Source of the DNA: a virus
Lineage: Duplodnaviria > Caudoviricetes
Direction: 5' to 3' (one strand)
IMG/VR virus record: IMGVR_UViG_3300005286_000494
Location: 1 to 38,882 of that record
Length of the DNA stretch: 38,882 nt
The notes below the pieces were generated by a model. It did not search any database, was not told the DNA's origin, and saw nothing but the letters and a program-made list of their open reading frames with translations. The position numbers and the translations under genes were made by a program. Each line of letters starts with the position of its first letter. The stretch's first letter is position 1. Shown piece after piece: positions 8,134 to 15,096 of this stretch.

Positions 8134-8264
8134 TCGGTTTGCTCCTCCTTTATGGTGCGCTTCTCCAACGAGATGGTGCGGGTGCGGCTGCGACTAGCGA
8201 GGATGGCGCGCAGACTTGCTGCTTGCTCGCGTCGGTCACGCATCGCTTTGAGCCGCACTTTCAC
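8127..8264 (-). CDS. 45-aa arginine-rich protein (MKVRLKAMRDRREQAASLRAILASRSRTRT...)
   Basis: Translated by hand; AGGAG RBS before GTG; first ORF after the promoter at 8313-8341; overlaps the next start. Confidence 0.55.
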   Translation of the reverse strand: MKVRLKAMRDRREQAASLRAILASRSRTRTISLEKRTIKEEQTEC

Positions 8265-8312
8265 GTTTAGCTCCTATTCGGTTGTTAAGGTACCGAAATA
8301 AACTTCGTCGTC

Positions 8313-8341
8313 AGTATACCGAAATAAACTTCGCTCGTCAA
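8313..8341 (-). promoter_or_regulatory. Early leftward promoter TTGACG-17-TATACT with an operator in the spacer
   Basis: Near-consensus sigma70 hexamers; operator at 8320-8333. Confidence 0.8.
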
Positions 8342-8355
8342 TTACTTTTCGAAGT

Positions 8356-8553
8356 TTATTTCGACTGATTTTGGTTTTTTGCATCATCAAGCAGAGCTAA
8401 GATCAGCTCAGGATGCTTTAACAAGGCGCGAACGGCGCGGGGTGGTCCCTGCTTTTTCCAAGTCTCTAAGTTGCGTGAGGTCATCCCAAGCTTGGCAGCT
8501 CGTTCATCATTGGTTTTGCCAAGCTTGTCTATAGCCAACATGAAGTTGTTCAT
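8356..8553 (-). CDS. Cro-like small HTH regulator
   Basis: 65 aa, HTH-like RAAKLGMTSRNLETWK; divergent from the repressor; GGAGGAGG RBS. Confidence 0.75.
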   Translation of the reverse strand: MNNFMLAIDKLGKTNDERAAKLGMTSRNLETWKKQGPPRAVRALLKHPELILALLDDAKNQNQSK

Positions 8554-8597
8554 AGGGTGTATTCCTCCTCCTCCCGAAATAAACTTCTGTATATCAC

Positions 8598-8626
8598 ATA
8601 TTAACGAAGTAAACTTCGCTTGTCAA
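8598..8626 (-). promoter_or_regulatory. cro promoter TTGACA-17-TAATAT with an operator in the spacer
   Basis: Consensus -35; operator at 8605-8618. Confidence 0.75.
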
Positions 8627-8684
8627 TGGTAGAAAACACGGTTAAAGGCCGAAGTTTACTGTACTAGAAGAAAACTTCGGCCTT

Positions 8685-8700
8685 TGCTATACTTGGGGTT
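8685..8700 (+). promoter_or_regulatory. Extended -10 promoter (TGcTATACT) for the repressor, probably leaderless
   Basis: TATACT at 8688-8693 is followed by 7 nt and then ATG at 8701. Confidence 0.6.
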
Positions 8701-9063
8701 ATGAGTATGGAAGCAGTAGGGATATATTTTTTAGAGCTTCGACAAGCTCAAGGGCTCTCTCAGCAAGATGTTGCCGATGAGGTTGGTGTATCTGACCGCA
8801 TTGTTTCAGCTTGGGAGAAGGGTAAGCACGTGCCTAAAATTGACGTTATGCCTAAGCTCCTTCAGCGATTACGAGGTTCTTGGGATGATGTAAAACGTCT
8901 CATGCTCGAAGACGCCAATGATACCATGGCGAGAGAGATGGCGAAACAGCGCTTAAAAGGGGCTGGCCTAACCGACGAGCAGCGCGCTTTTCTTGAATCT
9001 CTCAATCCTGATCAGCGTGAGGCGCTTCTGGCTTTTGCTCGGCAGATGATACAACGTCGATAA
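8701..9063 (+). CDS. XRE-family HTH repressor (cI-like, no S24 peptidase domain)
   Basis: LRQAQGLSQQDVADEVGVSDRIVSAWEKGKHVP is a classic XRE HTH; 120 aa. Confidence 0.9.
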   Translation: MSMEAVGIYFLELRQAQGLSQQDVADEVGVSDRIVSAWEKGKHVPKIDVMPKLLQRLRGSWDDVKRLMLEDANDTMAREMAKQRLKGAGLTDEQRAFLESLNPDQREALLAFARQMIQRR

Positions 9064-9241
9064 TATCAGACCAAATAGCTTCTCGAAGGCTGTTTTGTTC
9101 TACTTCGCGTTCCCGTTCGCTTAGTCGCCAAAGCAGCCACACTGCAGCGCAACCGAGAGGTGCTACTAGCCAGCGAACATCGGGTAGTCCAGCAACTAGA
9201 ATTAGAGTTAAACAGGGCACAAAAAGTAGTAATGGTCGCAT
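9002..9241 (-). CDS. Small membrane protein, convergent with and overlapping the repressor 3' end
   Basis: GGAGG RBS, two hydrophobic segments, promoter-like sequence upstream. Confidence 0.5.
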   Translation of the reverse strand: MRPLLLFVPCLTLILVAGLPDVRWLVAPLGCAAVWLLWRLSEREREVEQNSLREAIWSDIIDVVSSAEQKPEAPHADQD

Positions 9242-9261
9242 AACACCTCCAAGTGCGAAAT

Positions 9262-9280
9262 AGAATAGCATAAATGTTCT
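9262..9280 (-). promoter_or_regulatory. SOS-box-like site AGAACATTTATGCT overlapping an extended -10 (TGcTATTCT)
   Basis: Resembles the GAAC-N4-GTTC LexA box; same geometry as the site at 10454. Confidence 0.45.
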
Positions 9281-9445
9281 GTATGGAATATTACGTCTCG
9301 GTTACAACCCCTCGACTCGCTTAAGAGTTATTTTAAATAGTAATACTTTGGTTAGACTGCCAAGGTAGACTAATTAAACACCTACTACTTACATCCCTCT
9401 CAACTCGCCCAGAGTACCGGAAATCCTACTATCTGAGGGGTCATT

Positions 9446-10282
9446 ATGCGAGTCAAAGAATTTGGTATCGCCATTGTTGTTATGGTCGGTTTATTAGCTT
9501 TAACTCAAATTCCCATGGGTTTTGCCCAAAATGTGTCTAATCTTCATGGTCAGTACCTTCCAGCAGTGTTTAAGGCATTTCCAACAAGCACCTCTACCAG
9601 AACCTCTACGGCTACTCGGACAAATATCCCTACGAATACTTTGGCCCCAACTATCACTTCGATACCCATTATGGAATTGCGTAATGGTTCTTTTGAAGAA
9701 GGTAGCTCGGGGTGGATTAGTGTTACTGCCGGTTTTCCGGTAATCACTCAACAATTCCCTAGTACTGTTCGCGCACATAGTGGCACATGGGCTGTTTGGT
9801 TGGGTGGTGTCTATGACGAGACCACTGCTGTTTCGCAGCGCGTCACAATTCCAGCAGACCGGCCCTATCTCACCTATTGGCGTTGGATCGCATCAAGTGA
9901 TTACTGCCTTCAAGATGATATTGCTGGCGTTTCACTGGTGAACGATGATGGCAGTGTCACCAATGACGAAATTGTTGATGCATTTGAACTGTGTAGGAAC
10001 ACAAGTACCACAGGTTGGGTAAAGCGATCTATAGATGTAAGGCAGTTTGCAGGGCAGACGCGAACCTTATTCATACTTGCTTCTACAGATAGTCTTTTGA
10101 ACAGCAACCTGTTTATTGATGATGTATCCTTTCAAGCAAGCCCAGGTACAGGAAGCGCCGAGCCATCAGGCTCAGCTTCAGATGAAGCTGCTGCTCCCTA
10201 TGAGAATCCGGTACCTGTAACATCAGCCAATGATCTTCCTGAAGGACTAGTTGAACAGGTTCGCACTAGACTGGGGCAATAA
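9446..10282 (+). CDS. Secreted/surface protein (signal peptide, YLPAV motif, Thr/Pro linker, beta-sandwich CBM-like domain)
   Basis: N-terminal hydrophobic helix, LRNGSFEEG..GW start and FIDDVS end typical of CBM-like jelly rolls. Confidence 0.8.
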   Translation: MRVKEFGIAIVVMVGLLALTQIPMGFAQNVSNLHGQYLPAVFKAFPTSTSTRTSTATRTNIPTNTLAPTITSIPIMELRNGSFEEGSSGWISVTAGFPVITQQFPSTVRAHSGTWAVWLGGVYDETTAVSQRVTIPADRPYLTYWRWIASSDYCLQDDIAGVSLVNDDGSVTNDEIVDAFELCRNTSTTGWVKRSIDVRQFAGQTRTLFILASTDSLLNSNLFIDDVSFQASPGTGSAEPSGSASDEAAAPYENPVPVTSANDLPEGLVEQVRTRLGQ

Positions 10283-10286
10283 AGCT

Positions 10287-10325
10287 TTAGGCGGTTAGGA
10301 TCGACGATGACCCTAACCGCCTTAA
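10287..10325 (+). terminator. Hairpin downstream of the secreted-protein gene
   Basis: AGGCGGTTAGG / CCTAACCGCCT arms; weak U tract. Confidence 0.45.
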
Positions 10326-10444
10326 CAGCGATGGCGATGGTATTCCCTGCGAGTCGCTGCCAGGCGCGCCGTAGGCAGTGGGTCACAATGGCTTAGTAGA
10401 TTGAAGCGTAAAACGTAGGAGAGTATAACAGCAATGTTCTATCA

Positions 10445-10472
10445 TTGTATTTTAGAACGGTTGTGCTAAAAT
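10445..10472 (+). promoter_or_regulatory. Promoter TTGTAT-16-TAAAAT overlapped by SOS-box-like AGAACGGTTGTGCT
   Basis: Box at 10454-10467 has one mismatch to AGAAC-N4-GTTCT. Confidence 0.55.
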
Positions 10473-10487
10473 AAGATAGGGAGAAGT

Positions 10488-10760
10488 ATGCCGGAAATAG
10501 ATTCTGCTTCACCATTCTGGCGCTTATTTCAGTTGGCCCGTGAGTATATACAACTTATTAACTATACAATGGAGTATACTTTAAGCACCGAGGAACTTGA
10601 GCAGCTTAATTCAGAGCGTTCAGGTTTACATGACTCGATCTGGAGAGAATGTATACGTATTGGCCTCACTGAAGATCGCGAAACTGCTGCTCAACGTGCG
10701 TTAACACTAGCAAAATGGTTTTCTGATGCCAATGACTGGCCTGACTATGGAGGCCTATGA
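10488..10760 (+). CDS. Hypothetical helical protein
   Basis: AGGGAG RBS; first gene of a three-gene operon. Confidence 0.7.
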   Translation: MPEIDSASPFWRLFQLAREYIQLINYTMEYTLSTEELEQLNSERSGLHDSIWRECIRIGLTEDRETAAQRALTLAKWFSDANDWPDYGGL

Positions 10761-10772
10761 AGACAATGAATA

Positions 10773-11243
10773 ATGGAGGCGATTATGCCTAAATGTCCAT
10801 ATACAGAGATTTGCCGAGCAGAAGCGCTCAAAGATTTTGAGCAGTTTCCTGAACTTATTGCCGTGTTTCAACAACGGACACAATGCTCAGAGCAAAACGA
10901 ACAACGAGCCTTACGATGTGCAACACGTCTGGGATTGACAGAGAAGCCTCTACCAGCCCTAGGAAGCTATATTCAAGAGCAACGTCGCTCTCAAAGAATT
11001 ACACAATCCGCCCTAGCGCAACAGGTAGGCGTTGATATTCAGACGCTTCGTAACCTAGAGAATAATAAGTTACCTTCATCAAGTATCTCGCAATCTCTTC
11101 TTGAAGGCTTAGGTAAAGCGCTATCTACCTCTGTTGAGTATTTGAAAAGTCTGGTTCGAGATGCGACAACGCCTGCTCCTTCTCGAATGGGGGCAGTCTT
11201 CACTCGAATTACCCCTCCATCTGATGAAGCAAAAGAGGAATAA
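10773..11243 (+). CDS. XRE-family HTH protein with Cys-containing N-terminus
   Basis: LGSYIQEQRRSQRITQSALAQQVGVDIQTLRNLEN HTH. Confidence 0.85.
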   Translation: MEAIMPKCPYTEICRAEALKDFEQFPELIAVFQQRTQCSEQNEQRALRCATRLGLTEKPLPALGSYIQEQRRSQRITQSALAQQVGVDIQTLRNLENNKLPSSSISQSLLEGLGKALSTSVEYLKSLVRDATTPAPSRMGAVFTRITPPSDEAKEE

Positions 11244-11246
11244 GCT

Positions 11247-11873
11247 ATGCAACTAACTTGGAAGGGATTTGCAGTTCGTGAAGCGCGTTCCATTATTGAT
11301 GAATGGGAAAGGCAGTTTGGCGCACTCACTCTTCCGGTTCCTGTTGATGATATAGCAGATCTTTTATGTACACTGTCTATTGATATTACTAACTCACTAC
11401 CTACTGAGATGGCTGGACGGCTCCAAGTTGAGGATCGTATTATCGAGGTTCGTGATAGTGATATACCAACTCGTCAGCGATTTACGGTAGCCCATGAAAT
11501 AGGACACTATCGTTTGCATGTGTTAGCTGAAAAGCTCCACTTACAGGGCTTTATGTGTAACCATGAACAGATTGCGGCCATTGGTGAACAAAGCAGCTTT
11601 GCAAATGATGCTCTTCCCGGTTTCGATGTTCCTATGACGCCTAGACCAAGGGTTTTGTCAGACAAAGACAAACGCCGTCTAGAAATAGAGGCTAACACCT
11701 TTGGATCTGAGTTATTGATGCCTGCTCGATTAATCGAAGAGGCAGTTAATCAATATGGTGCAGATGTACGTGAATTAGCTGCACGATTTGATGTATCGCC
11801 AATCGCGATGCGCTATCGATTAGAAAAAATGCTCTATATCCCTTCAAGGGGACAAAAGAGCCTCTTTGATTAA
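11247..11873 (+). CDS. ImmA/IrrE-family metallopeptidase
   Basis: RQRFTVAHEIGH (HExxH), E.EAN.F..ELLMP, LAARFDVS..AM.YRL. Confidence 0.93.
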   Translation: MQLTWKGFAVREARSIIDEWERQFGALTLPVPVDDIADLLCTLSIDITNSLPTEMAGRLQVEDRIIEVRDSDIPTRQRFTVAHEIGHYRLHVLAEKLHLQGFMCNHEQIAAIGEQSSFANDALPGFDVPMTPRPRVLSDKDKRRLEIEANTFGSELLMPARLIEEAVNQYGADVRELAARFDVSPIAMRYRLEKMLYIPSRGQKSLFD

Positions 11874-11916
11874 GTCTTCACCATTGTCAGTATAATTCCA
11901 ATAATACGCACAGATA

Positions 11917-11996
11917 TGCTATACTAAAAGAAGGGATCGAGGAACGCGGAAAGCGAATTCTCGATCCCTTTATGCGCCGCGTTCCTCGACCTTTTT
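11917..11996 (+). promoter_or_regulatory. Probable late-operon promoter (TGcTATACT) and structured leader/attenuator
   Basis: -10 at 11920-11925; hairpin A 11931-11941/11960-11970; competing hairpin B 11937-11949/11977-11989 followed by T5. Confidence 0.7.
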
Positions 11997-12026
11997 GATC
12001 AGCTTTGATCGAGCGAGGAGCGCCCA

Positions 12027-13061
12027 ATGCTTAACTGGTGTCCATTTGCCACTAAACGGCCAAGCCCTAACTTTGCCCCGGCAACAGAGCGGCTTGGTCA
12101 CGATGCTATTGTTCTCCATATCGCCCAGGGCGGTGCAGCTGGTTCGCTCGACTGGCTGACCAACCCTGCGAGCGAAGTCTCTTCACACTTCTTTATCTCC
12201 AAAAATGGCGATCTCTTTCAGCTGGTTTCCTTGGCTGATGTTGCCTGGTGCAATGGCCTTAAACCAGATGGCAAGAACTGGAAGACCCCAAGCGGCAAGC
12301 CAGTCAGCCCAAGCTGGCGCGGCCTGCGCCCAGGCGCGAACCCCAACCGTTACACGCTGAGCATCGAGCATGAAGGCTACACTGGCCAGGCGCTCCCTGC
12401 TGCTATGCAGGCCACCCAAACCCGCCTGCTGAAGTGGCTCTGTGAGCAGCTGGGCTGGGCGCGCCTCGTGCCGGGCGTGAACTTGATCGGCCATGGTGAG
12501 ATTAACCCTGTCGACAAAGCCTTTTGCCCCGGCAGCGCCTTTGATTTTGCGGCGATCGCCGCAGCGGTCACCCCCACAATTGCCCAAAAAACGCGCGTCA
12601 TTGGCGCTAGTCCAAGTGTTTCACTCGCTCAATTTAGTACTTGGTTGAAGCACCGCAAGGCACCGATCGTCGATGTGGTGATCGAGCGGATCTATCAGCT
12701 CTGTGTTTGGCTTGATATCGATCCTGCTTTTGTAGCAGCTATTTGGGCACACGAAACGAGCCAAACGCCCGGCGTGATTGGCAGTTCAGATCTGTTTAAA
12801 AAGAGCAATAACGCGGGCGCGATCGTCGCCTACGGCCGTTGGCCGAATGTGACCCACAATGGGCGACAATTCAACAAGTATGAAAGCGCCCAGCTCGGCT
12901 TGATGCATCTCGTTATGCATCTCAAGCAGATCTATGGCGCGGTTGGACTACTTGATGTTGAGACGATTATTCCTGTGTACGCACCGGCTGAAGATAACAA
13001 CCAGCCACAGAGCTACATTCAGGCCGTGCTGCGCGACATGAGAGAGATGAGGTCGCTGTGA
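12027..13061 (+). CDS. Endolysin: N-acetylmuramoyl-L-alanine amidase (Amidase_2) plus C-terminal lysozyme/glucosaminidase-like domain
   Basis: IVLHIA, VSSHF, AWCNG, SIEHEG, GHGEI...K.CPG; second domain IDPAF..AI.AHET...NN.G...YAP..DNN.P..Y. Confidence 0.92.
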   Translation: MLNWCPFATKRPSPNFAPATERLGHDAIVLHIAQGGAAGSLDWLTNPASEVSSHFFISKNGDLFQLVSLADVAWCNGLKPDGKNWKTPSGKPVSPSWRGLRPGANPNRYTLSIEHEGYTGQALPAAMQATQTRLLKWLCEQLGWARLVPGVNLIGHGEINPVDKAFCPGSAFDFAAIAAAVTPTIAQKTRVIGASPSVSLAQFSTWLKHRKAPIVDVVIERIYQLCVWLDIDPAFVAAIWAHETSQTPGVIGSSDLFKKSNNAGAIVAYGRWPNVTHNGRQFNKYESAQLGLMHLVMHLKQIYGAVGLLDVETIIPVYAPAEDNNQPQSYIQAVLRDMREMRSL

Positions 13062-13315
13062 CAAGTGATTTGGGCGATGCGCAAGAGCATTTACAGGCGG
13101 CTTATCACGATTTTTTGAAAGCGCTGGCGAGTCAAGAGCAGCAACAAATTGATGCGGCGGCGTGCCGAGCGGCCGAGGCCTGGCAGTTTTTCATTGTTCG
13201 ACTGATTGAACGTCACACCGCCATGGCGGCATCGGCGGCGCTGGCGCTGACCAGGCTGCATGAACAGCGGATACGCGCGCTAGAGCAACGGATAAGCGCA
13301 TTAGAACGGCGATGA
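13058..13315 (+). CDS. Hypothetical protein (lysis region)
   Basis: 4-nt overlaps on both sides; coiled-coil end. Confidence 0.65.
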   Translation: MTSDLGDAQEHLQAAYHDFLKALASQEQQQIDAAACRAAEAWQFFIVRLIERHTAMAASAALALTRLHEQRIRALEQRISALERR

Positions 13316-13800
13316 TTAACAAAGAGGACACGCCTTTCTTTCTCATCATTACAACGATTGGCGGTGTCCTCCTGGCGCTGTTCGCGGCGATGATGGGCAT
13401 CACCCCGTACGAACGACGGATTGCGGCGATTCTGCTCTTCAGTCTGTTGTGGTGGAACATTCTGGCCGTATCGCTGGTGACGTTTCGCCTGGTGCGTCTA
13501 GTCGTCTACGGGTACGAGGCATGGTACAAACTCGTCAAGCGATATCGACTGCTGTATGAGCGCACACTCCAGAGATTGCAAGAAGCTGAGCAGCATATCG
13601 CCGAGTTGAACGACGAGCTTCAAAAGATCCGAAATAGGGAGCGCAGCCATCAGAGCCGGCTCGCCGAGCGCGAACGCGACGTAGCAGCAGCCAGAAAGCA
13701 TGCCGAGGATGTCAGAGCGGCCGCCCAGGAACAGCTGCAACGAGCGCACGAACAAATCAAGCAACTACAAGCACTGTTGAAGGCGAAAGAGGAGTTGTAG
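13312..13800 (+). CDS. Membrane protein with 2 TM helices and a coiled coil (holin-like or lysis accessory)
   Basis: Hydropathy and position after the endolysin. Confidence 0.65.
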   Translation: MINKEDTPFFLIITTIGGVLLALFAAMMGITPYERRIAAILLFSLLWWNILAVSLVTFRLVRLVVYGYEAWYKLVKRYRLLYERTLQRLQEAEQHIAELNDELQKIRNRERSHQSRLAERERDVAAARKHAEDVRAAAQEQLQRAHEQIKQLQALLKAKEEL

Positions 13801-13803
13801 AGA

Positions 13804-14166
13804 ATGAAGCTCACTACTCAAGATGTGTTGGAGTATTTTGGTACCCTGATCATTATTCTGACTGGTATCGAGCCAGCGGCCAAGGCGGCCGCGATCGTAC
13901 TACCAAACTGGCTAAGCTTCACTTTGGCGGTTATCGTAATGACACTGGCCGCCCTGCAAAAGCAGTTCCAGCGTAAGCTGGAGCGCGAGGTTGCCGCCCT
14001 GCCATCGCCTGATCAGCGATTGTTGATTAGCGATCAGCGCCAAGAGATCGAAGAGTTGCGCCGTCAGATCATTGAGCTGCGCGAGCTGCTTGCTGAGCAG
14101 GTCAAGCCGCGAGAGCAGGAGATATCTGATTTGTCGACGTTGCCGCGGCTGGTCGGGGCAGACTGA
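13804..14166 (+). CDS. Putative holin-like membrane protein
   Basis: Two short TM segments and a charged C-terminus; lysis cassette position. Confidence 0.6.
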   Translation: MKLTTQDVLEYFGTLIIILTGIEPAAKAAAIVLPNWLSFTLAVIVMTLAALQKQFQRKLEREVAALPSPDQRLLISDQRQEIEELRRQIIELRELLAEQVKPREQEISDLSTLPRLVGAD

Positions 14167-14579
14167 TGCGTGCGCTTACCCTGCTCGTCTGTTTGCTACT
14201 CCTGTTGTGGCCCGCTCCACAAGCGCAGCAAGAGCGTGTTTTTATCTACCAGCGAAACGAGCGCGTTGACGGTATTCATCTCGTTGTGGGTTTCGACACC
14301 TTCAACCATTCACCTCGGATTCAGGTGGAGGGCGGGCGGCTTGGTACAGTGTCGATCGCGGAAGCGCAAGGCCAGTTCTATGGAACAGTCGCCGCTCGCT
14401 TGGATCTCCGTGATAGCCGGCTACTTCTTGACGGTCGAGTGGTAGCCGAGCAGCGCTGCTTGTGGCTTCCGGTAGTGAGGAGACTATCAAGTGAATCTTT
14501 ATCTCTTGTTTCGCATCTCAACAGACCGCGTGTTGATCGATATTATTCTATGGCCTCCTGTGTGGGAATGGAACTTTAA
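14166..14579 (+). CDS. Secreted protein with LWLPVVRR motif
   Basis: Signal peptide; motif resembles the xLPxV.R tail of Chloroflexota exported proteins. Confidence 0.65.
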   Translation: MRALTLLVCLLLLLWPAPQAQQERVFIYQRNERVDGIHLVVGFDTFNHSPRIQVEGGRLGTVSIAEAQGQFYGTVAARLDLRDSRLLLDGRVVAEQRCLWLPVVRRLSSESLSLVSHLNRPRVDRYYSMASCVGMEL

Positions 14580-14625
14580 AGAAGGGCGATATGGGCCGAT
14601 TGAGGTTGATATAAGTAGATGGTGA
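14491..14625 (+). CDS. Possible 44-aa protein (MNLYLLFRISTDRVLIDIILWPPVWEW...)
   Basis: AGGAG RBS before GTG; translated by hand; overlaps the tail of the previous ORF. Confidence 0.35.
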   Translation: MNLYLLFRISTDRVLIDIILWPPVWEWNFKEGRYGPIEVDISRW

Positions 14626-14688
14626 AGCAACCACCACCACCCGCCCGAAGGGCGTCTTTGATTTATTGATTTCTTACAGGGTTTTTCA

Positions 14689-15096
14689 ATGGCAGGTAAA
14701 GGCGGAGCGCGGCCCGGCGCTGGTCGCAAACCAAAAGCAGAGAAATTTAAGCAGCCGATCGCTAAAGCAGAAAAGCGCATCGCTGATCGCTTGCCGAGCC
14801 TGATCGACAAGATGCTCGATCTTGCCGATGGTGTCATGGTTGAAGAGGTCGATCTAAGCGGAGAAAAAACGGTCTATCAACGGCCTCCAGATCGAGTGGC
14901 TTTGATCTATTTGATTGATCGCATTATGGGCAAGCCAACCGAGCGGCGCGAGCTCAGCGGACCAGAGCGCGGCCCTATTCCAGTAGAAACATTTGACTAT
15001 GGCACTGCTATTGCCGCGATTGCGGATAGATCAGACGAGGATAGCGAAGCATCCAGCGAAGACGCAAGTCTTGGCGATGGGGAGGCGGTGGGGTAA
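14689..15096 (+). CDS. terS: Terminase small subunit
   Basis: GGARPGAGRKPK N-terminus, LIDRIMGKP, ELSG...GPI; precedes TerL. Confidence 0.85.
   Translation: MAGKGGARPGAGRKPKAEKFKQPIAKAEKRIADRLPSLIDKMLDLADGVMVEEVDLSGEKTVYQRPPDRVALIYLIDRIMGKPTERRELSGPERGPIPVETFDYGTAIAAIADRSDEDSEASSEDASLGDGEAVG

Larger units (their letters stand above)
8294..8679. promoter_or_regulatory. Repressor operator array, consensus CGAARTAAACTTCG
   Basis: Copies at 8294, 8320, 8350 (inverted), 8575, 8605, 8650 (inverted, partial) and 8666. Confidence 0.85.

Noticed and set aside
8294-8363. Short repeats as a mini CRISPR array
   Set aside because: 14-bp units, 12-16 bp spacing, mixed orientation, overlap with promoters and no cas genes; these are operators.
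11931-11996. Late leader as a known riboswitch such as c-di-GMP
   Set aside because: I cannot match the conserved aptamer cores by eye; an Rfam search is needed for a firm exclusion.
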